Below, piece after piece: positions 48,068-57,568 of a stretch of 64,000 bases of DNA (the stretch's first letter is position 1; the number at the start of each line of letters is the position of its first letter). The notes below the pieces were generated by a model. It was not told the origin of the DNA and ran no database searches. It worked only from the letters and a program-made list of their open reading frames with translations. The DNA comes from a virus. The DNA lies in IMG/VR virus record IMGVR_UViG_3300005573_001035, positions 1 to 64,000 of that record. One strand, given 5' to 3'. The position numbers were made by a program, and so were the translations under genes.

Positions 48068-50776
48068 TTACGAAAGTGGTTGGAGAATAATACTATCTTG
48101 ACTAACATTTAGAACCCGAGCTTTAGTAGGAGACCTCTTGACAAATTTATCTGACAAGTAATTGGTTAAAATTCCTTCATACCCGCTCATTACGGCAGGG
48201 GGCTCAGGATTGCTGAGCGGAAGAGCTTGTTTCATTTGCTGAGTTGCCATCATGACCCTGGCCCCATCATTCATTTCTATAAAGGGAATTAAAGAAGAGG
48301 TTGTGCTTAGAATACCAGAACCCTCACTATTAGACCCATCGCTCTTTCCAAATATACCCCTAGCACTGCTTATATAACTCCCAATAGCAAGTTGTTGGTT
48401 AATTCCGATATTTCCTCCTTCTGGGGTATCAACTGGGTCAATGTTGGAGTAATATGATGGATCTAAATTTCTCTTTGCCACTGAGACTGCTTCTCTTGAT
48501 ATGGCGCCCGTAGTTTTTCCTACGAACGTAACTTTCGTTATTTCTGCTAGTTCCTCTACTGGATTCTGGTATTCCATCTTAGAAACAATCTCGGAATTTC
48601 GAAATTGGGTTAGAACCTTATTGGGTTCAATTTCAAGTTTAGCGTTATAGTTTCCAGCTAAAATCTGCTCTCTATACAATGAGTACTGGGCTAAGATGTA
48701 TTTTTGAAGATAATTAACAAAGATCTCAGAACTTCGAAGTCGATAATATGTTAGATCATTTGGCCTATGGGTTTTTCCTTCTGAAATTCCATGGCACATG
48801 TAGTATATGATTTGTGGAAGATTTACAGGCAAGTACATACTAAGAAGAATCTGTTTAGCCATGGAGTCAACGATATTAGATAGAATCTCAAATAGAACAT
48901 AAACTACTCTTCTACTTCCAGACACGATCTCAATAATATCTTTGTATAAATCTTTGCTCTCGATTGGTTTATCTGTAGAAGATGGAAACTTTATTCTTCT
49001 GAATGAATTTGCAAATAGCTCTTGTTCCTTATTTCTTATGCCTGTGATTATAAGAAAGAGGTTAGTCGCAACTTTTATAAGCAACTCTCCCTCGGAAATA
49101 TTTCTGGGTCTTTTGGTTTCAATTCGATATGATAACGAAAACAATTCAAGCGCCTCTTTAAGTCCCATGTAAGCACAAAGAACTAAGGCCAAAGGATACT
49201 GACCAGCAGCAATAAAGATACTAAAGTAATTGTAACTTCTAGTTTCCTTTAAACTAATCGTAAAGGTAGAATAGGCGCTCCTAAATACACTAACTCCCCT
49301 TTCAGGAAATGTTATTGGAACTATAAATAACTGGTTAACAAGAAGGTTAATCTTGCCATCAATAAGCATTCTACCATCTGATTGGACTTTTGGAATATAA
49401 ATCTGTATCTTTTGTAATTGATTATTGTAATTTCTAATTGTAATCTGCAAAATTGAAATATCACTAGGAGAAACGTCATATTTTGATGGTTGATATTCTT
49501 TGATTTGATATGATACAATCTTTGTAGGAATATCTTTTGATTCCAGAACCTTGAATGTTTCTATTGAGTCCTTTATTAAGTTAGTTTCAAAGTCCTTTTT
49601 CCTCTTCTCAACTATATGGCCTGGTACCTTGTCATCTACCAGCTCAGTCACAGGAGCTGCTTTCACAACAGGATGGCTGGCTTGAGTTTGAACTTTCTCT
49701 GGTTCTAAGAACTCATCTTTTAGGTTTGTCACAAGTTTTGCTAAAACTTGTTTCTTTTCCTTGGTGGTAAGACTGGAAGCTATTCTGGCGATCCTGCTTG
49801 GATTAGGAATTGTCCTAGAAACGATAGACTTAAAAGCTAAGTCAATAGATTTGTGGACAATGGGTTCGGGTGGTTTTGAAATAAGAGATGGAATCTTTTT
49901 CTTCTCAGCATTAGAAGGCTCAGGAACCGAAGATGCATATACGAGAATGTCATTATCCGCGTCTTCCAAATTCTTTTTAACCAGGTAAGATGATATACTT
50001 TTTTGAATAACTTCCTGGTCTACTTCTGGAACTTCCTCATTCACAACCGGGGAGACAGCACTTGCAATAGTACTAGCATGTTGCTCAACTTCTTTGGAAT
50101 CAAGATTGGATCCTTGTTTACTTGCTTCGGTTTTAATCATTGTAATTCGATTTAAGACCCTCACATAGTTCACGTCTCGGTCTTTAACTAAAAGACGGTA
50201 TAAGACTCCTTTTGTCGGGGAAATTGTACATAACAACAAATCATCAAATGGCAACTCAGTTGGCTGTGTTTTTAGAAGTTTTAAGATTGGAAATAACTTA
50301 GAATTCATATAGTAGGGAACATTCTTTGATACATCTACCATATAGATCAAGACTTTTCGGTGGCGCGGAAATTGACTTAACGTAGAAAATAAGAACCTGG
50401 TAATAAATTGTCCATAACGCATTCTGTAGTTGGTGGGTTTAAACTTAATATCCATAGAAGAGAAAAACCAACTATAATCAATCATAAAATTGCGAGCAAT
50501 CATACTTATCGTTGGAGTCATTTTAAGAGGAACCAACCTTTTCTTTCGATACAAAGTTATGAGCTTCGCAGATAAGAAAGTTCTGGGAATAACCGTGCTA
50601 GGAACTACAACATGAAAAGAATCAATCCTTCTAATTTTAAGTGCTTCGTAGTTTTCTAACATTGTGGTATTCTCAGGAAAGAAAACAAGCAAATAAGGCC
50701 TAGTTTTCGTATACGGAAAATAGACCTGAGAAACCACTTGGACATAAGGAATAAGTTGGTCTAGACGTCTAGCCAC
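48068..50776 (-). CDS. rpoB: RNA polymerase beta-like subunit, N-terminal part with long extension (set 2)
   Basis: NPVEELAE, IDPVDTPEGGNIG, LIPFIEMNDGARVMMATQQMKQA. About 390 N-terminal residues have no counterpart in set 1 beta. Confidence 0.88.
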   Translation of the reverse strand: MARRLDQLIPYVQVVSQVYFPYTKTRPYLLVFFPENTTMLENYEALKIRRIDSFHVVVPSTVIPRTFLSAKLITLYRKKRLVPLKMTPTISMIARNFMIDYSWFFSSMDIKFKPTNYRMRYGQFITRFLFSTLSQFPRHRKVLIYMVDVSKNVPYYMNSKLFPILKLLKTQPTELPFDDLLLCTISPTKGVLYRLLVKDRDVNYVRVLNRITMIKTEASKQGSNLDSKEVEQHASTIASAVSPVVNEEVPEVDQEVIQKSISSYLVKKNLEDADNDILVYASSVPEPSNAEKKKIPSLISKPPEPIVHKSIDLAFKSIVSRTIPNPSRIARIASSLTTKEKKQVLAKLVTNLKDEFLEPEKVQTQASHPVVKAAPVTELVDDKVPGHIVEKRKKDFETNLIKDSIETFKVLESKDIPTKIVSYQIKEYQPSKYDVSPSDISILQITIRNYNNQLQKIQIYIPKVQSDGRMLIDGKINLLVNQLFIVPITFPERGVSVFRSAYSTFTISLKETRSYNYFSIFIAAGQYPLALVLCAYMGLKEALELFSLSYRIETKRPRNISEGELLIKVATNLFLIITGIRNKEQELFANSFRRIKFPSSTDKPIESKDLYKDIIEIVSGSRRVVYVLFEILSNIVDSMAKQILLSMYLPVNLPQIIYYMCHGISEGKTHRPNDLTYYRLRSSEIFVNYLQKYILAQYSLYREQILAGNYNAKLEIEPNKVLTQFRNSEIVSKMEYQNPVEELAEITKVTFVGKTTGAISREAVSVAKRNLDPSYYSNIDPVDTPEGGNIGINQQLAIGSYISSARGIFGKSDGSNSEGSGILSTTSSLIPFIEMNDGARVMMATQQMKQALPLSNPEPPAVMSGYEGILTNYLSDKFVKRSPTKARVLNVSQDSIILQPLS

Positions 50777-50800
50777 TTTGTTTTGTTTTCCTCCTGAGAG

Positions 50801-53800
50801 TTACTTCTTTGTAAATTTCCCCTGGATTTCTTTAAAATCTCCCGCCAAAACTTGCTCTAAGATACTAAGTTCTTCTGGAGATTTCTCAGATAGAAGACCT
50901 AACATAATACTTTTGTTTACATTCTCAAACGCCAGGCCTTGAAGCGGTGACTGAACAAAAACTACCTCTTTAATATTTAAGAGGATTGGTTCATATGGCT
51001 CAATTAGCCTAGCGGGTTTAGACAAATCTTTCTTTGCTCTGAGTACGTGGCTCACTAAGACCTCTAAATGGACTAAATCCATAGCCCCAAACGAGGAGTA
51101 TACTGATACAAGACGACTTAAAAGATGGTGGGGGCCTTTCGTAATTTCTCTTCCAGATAGAAGACGCTGAACATATAGAACTTGTTTTTGAACATCGCTT
51201 ATGGTAGAAGGTACTTTTAGTAGATCATCTTCCTCTCCGTAGCTTATTTCAATAACTTCCTCTCTTTTCACAACGCTAGAACCAAGTTGCAATTCTACAG
51301 GATAATCTAAAATGAGTTCTAAACGATAACCATCTGAAAATAAAACTGTAGCAATAAGTGACTTAACCCAGATAGAAGTTTCTTTTATTACAAGATTATA
51401 ATTATACGTATAGAATGGATCTAAGACAATAGTCAATCTACATGGCATTTTGGTTATGAGCCGAGTTTGGTCTTGATACAAATACTTAGATAAAAGCGTC
51501 TTATCTCGAATCTCAAAATTGTTTTCTGTAATGTCTTTTAGTATATCTGGAATCTGAACATTGACCGTCCCACCTAAGTGGAATACTCGCATTATAAGCT
51601 GCGTTCCCCTCTCTCCTATCACTTGGGCTGCTATAAGCCCAACGTAAGGAGATCGAGTTTGCATCCATAAGTTACCATAACATGTATGACAAATCTTAGG
51701 ACTCTTGCAAAAGATAGGACTTCGTAACTTAATTGTATCTCCATCTGCAAAGTTATCTAAGTCAAGAAATTCCACTTTCTTGGTCTTATCGTTTATAATA
51801 AAGCGACCAGAAAGACGAGATCTAAGATCTTTATTTAACTTAACCTGGACTGCTCTTTGTGTCCCGCAATCTGTAAGAGTCCTATGCAACTCAACAGAAT
51901 TTAGAACGTAAGCCAAAATTCTAGAAAAATAACCTGTATCTGCCGTATTTATAACTCGGTTGATAATTCCGTATCTCGCTCCATATCCCATGTTAAAGTA
52001 CTCATTAGGAGTCAAACCATCTGCCAGGCCCTTAGAGATTGTTGGTAAGATATTTCCCTCAGCGTCAGATACGGTTCCTTTCGCAGCGATAATCTGAAGT
52101 GGCTGCTGCCAAGATTTAGCACCTCCAGATTCCACGAGATCATATAGAGAAGAATCTTTAAGAAGCTCAGGTAACTCAGCTTTCATCTTTGTTAGGATCT
52201 TCTCAGCCTGTTCTGGGGTTGCCATTGCAAGCTGTTGTTTGTAATGATTTAATTTTTCGGAAACCGTTAGATCATCTAAACTTATTGAAGGTGCGAACAA
52301 AGTAGCGTACTTAAAACCAAGATCTTGTAATTCGTATGCAATGTTTGCTATCTGATCTTGAGGATATCCTTTTGCAAGCAAATCTTTAAAGATCTGATCT
52401 ATTACCTTTCTGTCGGCTGGTTTGCTAGAAACATAAGATTGGAATTCTTCAGGAAGTTTTAACGCTAGAATCCATCTTCCAACGGTCATTACTTTTCCTC
52501 TGAAAGACACTAACTGATATATATCGGACATCCTCTTTATAGATTCCTCATTCTGAACCGTAATAACCGTTGAGGGATGACTTGGTGGGGGATCTTTTGT
52601 GAGAAGATACAATCCAGTATACATTTCTTTGCTTAAAGAAAATGCTAAACCCCCAACAGTGGCTGAGTTGTGGAAGGACATCATTTTAGTTCGAGCTTCT
52701 AGTTGTGCCTCATCTGTAAGAGGGTGATAGACTGCCATCGTGTCTCCATCAAAATCCGCATTAAAACCACCCACTTGCAGAGAGGGAATTCCAATTGTAT
52801 CTGTATCTGAGAGAACAGGATAAAACGCTCGGACAGATTCTCGATGCAAAACTGGGTCTCTTTTTGCGATTACTACCCTACCAGCCATGCTTGCTTCGGT
52901 GGCGTTCCACATAATTCGTTTAAGTCTATCAGGAATATGATCTCCGTCTTTAATGGCTCGTATGACTTTTAGAATCACATCGACTGATAGGGGCTCATTG
53001 GTAAATTCTTTAAGAGCTTCCCTTAGTTCGCTTGTATCTTCTCCAGAATACAAAAGCTTATGGATTATAAATGGTTCAAACATTTTAACTGCCATCTTAA
53101 ATGGCAGAGATATTTCATTTATTCGCAACGAAGGATTAGCGGAAATAACTGCTCGACCAGAATAATCAACTCGTTTACCTAGTATACTAGACCGAATCAA
53201 CCCAAATTTCTTTCCAATTCTGGCTCGGGCCAGATCATCGTATTTCATAACTTCTTCTTGTAAGTGGAATATTGAGATCGCCCCAGTTACTCCACTGGTG
53301 GTCACAGGACCAAGTGTCCGTCTAAGAATTTTAATGTAAGCATCATTAATAGAATCAATGATCCAACGACCATCAGATGATTTGAATGCTGGCCTAAAAT
53401 CAGGAGGAATAACTGGTATCTTTTGGACTGTAAAGAGCCTATCTTGGTATGCTTTTAAGAGGAAGTTATAAATCTTAGCTCTTTCACCAGTTAGATTGGC
53501 AAATCGAATCTCAGGGAATCTCTTAACAAAACCAGGAATTCCTACAATGTCTCCTCCGTTAGGGTCTTCTACTAGCTCTCCTTTGGAATTTATAGAATAG
53601 CGAGTTTGGGCCGAGAAAACATTTACGAGATTTCTAGATAATCTTATTAACATTCTGTATACAGATGGATGCAAGATAGGAACTTTCAAATCAATGTAAG
53701 AATACGTCTTTAATCTCTGAGGAGTTAAAAGAGGGCCAAAAATCGTCTCTGAAAATAGACCATCTTGATGGAAGACATCTGGTTGAGAAAATATATCTGG

Positions 53801-53857
53801 AGATGTGACTGGAATCAAACCAGAAACAAACTTTTCAACGTCAAGCAATTTAAACAT
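50801..53857 (-). CDS. rpoC: Multisubunit RNA polymerase beta'-like subunit (set 2)
   Basis: GLFSETIFGP, VIPPDFRP, LGKRVDYSGR, RDPVLH, NADFDGD, TADTGY, GERGTQLIMRVFH. Confidence 0.96.
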   Translation of the reverse strand: MFKLLDVEKFVSGLIPVTSPDIFSQPDVFHQDGLFSETIFGPLLTPQRLKTYSYIDLKVPILHPSVYRMLIRLSRNLVNVFSAQTRYSINSKGELVEDPNGGDIVGIPGFVKRFPEIRFANLTGERAKIYNFLLKAYQDRLFTVQKIPVIPPDFRPAFKSSDGRWIIDSINDAYIKILRRTLGPVTTSGVTGAISIFHLQEEVMKYDDLARARIGKKFGLIRSSILGKRVDYSGRAVISANPSLRINEISLPFKMAVKMFEPFIIHKLLYSGEDTSELREALKEFTNEPLSVDVILKVIRAIKDGDHIPDRLKRIMWNATEASMAGRVVIAKRDPVLHRESVRAFYPVLSDTDTIGIPSLQVGGFNADFDGDTMAVYHPLTDEAQLEARTKMMSFHNSATVGGLAFSLSKEMYTGLYLLTKDPPPSHPSTVITVQNEESIKRMSDIYQLVSFRGKVMTVGRWILALKLPEEFQSYVSSKPADRKVIDQIFKDLLAKGYPQDQIANIAYELQDLGFKYATLFAPSISLDDLTVSEKLNHYKQQLAMATPEQAEKILTKMKAELPELLKDSSLYDLVESGGAKSWQQPLQIIAAKGTVSDAEGNILPTISKGLADGLTPNEYFNMGYGARYGIINRVINTADTGYFSRILAYVLNSVELHRTLTDCGTQRAVQVKLNKDLRSRLSGRFIINDKTKKVEFLDLDNFADGDTIKLRSPIFCKSPKICHTCYGNLWMQTRSPYVGLIAAQVIGERGTQLIMRVFHLGGTVNVQIPDILKDITENNFEIRDKTLLSKYLYQDQTRLITKMPCRLTIVLDPFYTYNYNLVIKETSIWVKSLIATVLFSDGYRLELILDYPVELQLGSSVVKREEVIEISYGEEDDLLKVPSTISDVQKQVLYVQRLLSGREITKGPHHLLSRLVSVYSSFGAMDLVHLEVLVSHVLRAKKDLSKPARLIEPYEPILLNIKEVVFVQSPLQGLAFENVNKSIMLGLLSEKSPEELSILEQVLAGDFKEIQGKFTKK

Positions 53858-53870
53858 ATCGTTTTCTTCC

Positions 53871-54575
53871 TCACAGAATTTTGGCCCTTATAGGAGTAAA
53901 AGATTTGAGCTCAGATAATGGAACCTCCATACATCTTAGTCCAGTAATTGACAAAGAATCTAGAACTATAGCCCCATTGTTTCTAGAATTTCTTTGTAAT
54001 TCCAGATTGGGAATTCCAGATCTAGCTTTGCTTAGTTCAATTGTATAACGAGATCCATTCTCAGGCTTCAATTCAAAGAATCTTCGAAGAAGAAAACGAA
54101 TAGAATCAATCTTCATCTTTCTACTAAATTCTAACGCTATATGAAAAGACGTCTTTCCTGTAAATCGAATACTAGCTGATATGGTCAAAGGAAAAGATTC
54201 TAATAAACTTATATAACAAAAGCTAGTAACTTGCTTTGCCTTGTTAAAATCATCTGAATCGATATCTATAACGGCTCTATTATCGTAAGCATTGAAAACG
54301 GAATGAATAGACAAAGTCCTACCCGTAACAAAAGAATCATAGTTTCGACTAGTTAAAGAGAGGGGTTGACCATTAGAATCTTTCCTTCTAACAACGATTT
54401 GGGGCGAGTCACTATCACCAAGCATCATGAATACAAAGACATTTCTCCCAAGAACCTGCTTTAGTATACTTGGTTTAACTTTTTGGTAGTAATTCCAGAT
54501 ATCAATTTCTTTAAGTCCTTGGGGATAGTAATTGTTTCTTAGAACAATGGTGTCTGGGTGAGCTGGATATGACAT
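53871..54575 (-). CDS. AEP-superfamily primase-polymerase, LigD Pol-domain-like
   Basis: HPD...YPQGL...IWNYY...ILKQVLGR, IDID (DxD), TGKTSFH. Confidence 0.7.
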   Translation of the reverse strand: MSYPAHPDTIVLRNNYYPQGLKEIDIWNYYQKVKPSILKQVLGRNVFVFMMLGDSDSPQIVVRRKDSNGQPLSLTSRNYDSFVTGRTLSIHSVFNAYDNRAVIDIDSDDFNKAKQVTSFCYISLLESFPLTISASIRFTGKTSFHIALEFSRKMKIDSIRFLLRRFFELKPENGSRYTIELSKARSGIPNLELQRNSRNNGAIVLDSLSITGLRCMEVPLSELKSFTPIRAKIL

Positions 54576-54642
54576 TTTTTGGGCAACCCCTCTCTTTTTT
54601 TAGTTCAAGATAGATTAGTTCTCATTTTTTTTGTTCAGAATG

Positions 54643-56088
54643 TTACAAACTCTTACTAATAGCGAGTTGTAATTTAGATATAACGTCATCCATTGAGCTA
54701 CTAAAAAGGAGAGAAAGGAACTTAATTGTTTCTTCTTCTATCTTTCTGGATGGTTTAAGAAGGAGCCTTTCTTTTGTTACAATATGGTAGAAATCTGTTC
54801 TTAAGAATTTACCAACGTAATGGCTAATAATTTTACATGGCAAAGTCTTAGTTTTAAACCCGAAGAAAGTTGATCCTTCCTGGCTATCAAGAAACTCCTT
54901 CAAGAACTTAATTCGATAAGTAGTGGATACAACCCCTCCCACGTTTCCGTTCTTAGAACCAGGATAATAGAATAGAGCTTGAGAAATTGTTTTAAAATCT
55001 TTGCTTGCATACTTGGGAAGAAGCATTCCCAGATATGCTGACAAGACAGCCGCTTGGTCAGGAAACAAATCAAGAAAACTTTGATATGGGATCTTCAGAG
55101 CCTTAGATAAAAGAGGATAAGTTACACACTCAGTTAAAGGAGAGATCATCGAAATATCTTTTGTGATATCTGGAAGAGATTTCTCTGGATCTTCTAGAAG
55201 ATTACTTTCAAAAAGATGGTGCAAGTTTCTACTAGCGACAATCCATAAACGGTTCAATGTGCTAGAAGAACAAAGGGCCTTCAGGTTGCTTCCTTGGCTA
55301 TTCTCATGAATTCGAGTAGAGCAAATACCATCATCATATAGAATTGAGTCTCGATACACACCCCTTAGCAACCATTTTACCGACTCATCAACTACGGTTG
55401 AGAAAAACGTAACCGGGTTTCTATCTGGAGAACAAAGAACAAGAATACTTTGCATAATGAAATTAAAAATCTCTATAACATGAATATCCATAGTTTTATT
55501 TTTTACCCTCTTAATATAATTCCACATAGCCCTATCTGTTAGACCGTATCGAAAAACCTTCGTCTTCACAACTTCATAGATTTTAGAAATAATCTGATCT
55601 TCAACCAAATCTTTTACAAACTCATTGTAAACTATTCTATGTCTCCAGTTAGAAAATGCCAAGTCACTATTATAGATTAGAGCATAAACCTTCAAGTAAG
55701 ATGAGATCAGAATAATTTTTCTAAGTTCTTCTTCGTCGAAAAAAATCGTGGTTTTCTTAACTTTGCTTCGGTTTATAAAAGAGGAAAAATCGACATTCAA
55801 AAAATCTAAGTACCTAGAAACGTAAGACTTAATATCTGGAATCTTAGACATAAAAAACTCAAATCTTTTCTCCTCATCTTCTGTTTCTTGAAAGAAAGTT
55901 AGAATCTCACATAACATATTGCCAAATGCAGGATCAAATTTGCTGAGAGATTCCAAAAATTCAGTAACTACATTAAACTTATTGGTTATCGTTCCCCGCT
56001 CTAAGTTAAGAAGACTTACGCACCTATCTCCACAACAAACTTTATAGACACTTGGATTATCTTTGATAAATTGAATGTCCTCTCCCAC
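54643..56088 (-). CDS. Large hypothetical protein
   Basis: 481-aa ORF; no motif recognised. Confidence 0.75.
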   Translation of the reverse strand: MGEDIQFIKDNPSVYKVCCGDRCVSLLNLERGTITNKFNVVTEFLESLSKFDPAFGNMLCEILTFFQETEDEEKRFEFFMSKIPDIKSYVSRYLDFLNVDFSSFINRSKVKKTTIFFDEEELRKIILISSYLKVYALIYNSDLAFSNWRHRIVYNEFVKDLVEDQIISKIYEVVKTKVFRYGLTDRAMWNYIKRVKNKTMDIHVIEIFNFIMQSILVLCSPDRNPVTFFSTVVDESVKWLLRGVYRDSILYDDGICSTRIHENSQGSNLKALCSSSTLNRLWIVASRNLHHLFESNLLEDPEKSLPDITKDISMISPLTECVTYPLLSKALKIPYQSFLDLFPDQAAVLSAYLGMLLPKYASKDFKTISQALFYYPGSKNGNVGGVVSTTYRIKFLKEFLDSQEGSTFFGFKTKTLPCKIISHYVGKFLRTDFYHIVTKERLLLKPSRKIEEETIKFLSLLFSSSMDDVISKLQLAISKSL

Positions 56089-56121
56089 CCCAGTTCTCCT
56101 CCTTTACGTAAGCTACTTTTT

Positions 56122-56973
56122 TTATTCGTTAAAAAATGGAGTCATTCTAAGACCTCTTTTACAATCTAAGAACGGTCTCTGCTCAAATTCATTCATAATT
56201 AGATCTTTTGTAACTCGTTTCATTAAATCTAATCTTGGTAGTTTGGAACCTTGTCTAAGCTCTTCAGTAAAGAAAAACGTAAATGCTCCAAAAAAGTCAC
56301 CGTTCAGGTATGCATCCGCAGATGTTTGATTTTCTTGACAAGCAGAAAATACCGCGTACGGTAACTGGGTTGGGAAACTGGAGACTAATTTCTTGCTTTT
56401 GTGAATAGGTCTAGAGCTTCTAGATAGAAGCTTTCGAATAGGCGTATCGTAGTTTACTGAAAGAAGCAAGTCTACAGGTGGGGGTAAAAAACGAGGAAAC
56501 CATCTCCTTTGAACAGGCAAGCTCACCAAGGCGTCTAGAGTTCTAGTTCCAGTCCCAGAAAAGCAGCAATCTAAGATAACATTCGCTTGAACTTTCTTAC
56601 CTTTGAGTGTAGAAAATATTCGTCCAAGGTCGTCATCTGAAATGTAATTACCATTCCAATCCATATCGCTTGGACATAGAACCTCATCTAACTTATCTAT
56701 CTCATCACCACTAGTGTCTGGAACTTGGCTTCCATGACCAGAAAAATGGAAAACTAACCAGTCCCCTTCATTACATTCAGTTAACCATGAGAGCTCGCTT
56801 AGTATTGCTTCTTTTCTTGCATCATAATCAAGCAACATATGAATACTTTCTTCTGGAAAAGAAAACACATCAATAAGAACATTTTTCATACGAATAACGT
56901 CATTGCGACACCCGTTTAAATTCGCTCCTGGTATTTTGTACTTATTAATTCCAACCAATAAAGCTTTTTTCAT
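56122..56973 (-). CDS. Metacaspase (peptidase C14)
   Basis: ALLVGINKY, LNGCRND, FSGHG (catalytic His), LDCCFSG (catalytic Cys), SACQENQTS, GAFT. Confidence 0.93.
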   Translation of the reverse strand: MKKALLVGINKYKIPGANLNGCRNDVIRMKNVLIDVFSFPEESIHMLLDYDARKEAILSELSWLTECNEGDWLVFHFSGHGSQVPDTSGDEIDKLDEVLCPSDMDWNGNYISDDDLGRIFSTLKGKKVQANVILDCCFSGTGTRTLDALVSLPVQRRWFPRFLPPPVDLLLSVNYDTPIRKLLSRSSRPIHKSKKLVSSFPTQLPYAVFSACQENQTSADAYLNGDFFGAFTFFFTEELRQGSKLPRLDLMKRVTKDLIMNEFEQRPFLDCKRGLRMTPFFNE

Positions 56974-57031
56974 TAGTTTTCTCCTTTACTAGTTATTTTT
57001 GTAGAATATATATAAAGATCTTTCAACCATA

Positions 57032-57568
57032 TCAGAATGAATCTTCTAGTCTGAGTTTAGAAATAACTTGAAGTACGGTCTCTGGGTCTGGAGAGGAGTT
57101 AGGATCATAACTACATGATTCCCAGATCCCAAATTGATCTGGTCTCAAGTACTTCCTCGATTTAAGAACGTTAAAATTATGAGCATAACCATAGATATTG
57201 GGGTCTGACCTTGTGAAAATTACAATCCCCGGTTTCGACTCCCTAAAGTAACTATTGCATAGGTGGGGTAAGAAATTGTCTACCGATATCCACAAATCGC
57301 AACTTTTAATTAACTCAGCAACTTCTCGAAAGGAAAGAGAAAACTCAGTTCGATCTACTCCAGGAAGAATCTTTTCTCCATCTACACCTATTTGTATAAT
57401 CTCAGAGTCAGGGAAAGCTTCTTTGATCATTCTTAAAAGTCTTTCCCAATGAGCATAGTGTTTCGCATTTTCTCTATTTGGATCATCAGTTCGAAGCTTC
57501 CTACTAAAAGGACTAATAACAATACGCATTGCTCCGCTAAATCCCCTCCTCTCTCTTGTTTCTTTCAT
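57032..57568 (-). CDS. GT9 (heptosyltransferase-like) C-terminal half
   Basis: IVISPFS...AKHYAHW, IIQIG, ELIKSCDLWISVDNFLPHL, KPGIVIF. Confidence 0.7.
   Translation of the reverse strand: MKETRERRGFSGAMRIVISPFSRKLRTDDPNRENAKHYAHWERLLRMIKEAFPDSEIIQIGVDGEKILPGVDRTEFSLSFREVAELIKSCDLWISVDNFLPHLCNSYFRESKPGIVIFTRSDPNIYGYAHNFNVLKSRKYLRPDQFGIWESCSYDPNSSPDPETVLQVISKLRLEDSF

Noticed and set aside
48044-48070. Genome-wide stop-codon reassignment
   Set aside because: TAA, TAG and TGA all end well-defined genes and long conserved genes are otherwise uninterrupted.
22978-53857. Host chromosomal rpoBC locus
   Set aside because: Reversed gene order, short divergent subunits, two copies, no ribosomal protein genes and phage-like neighbours.
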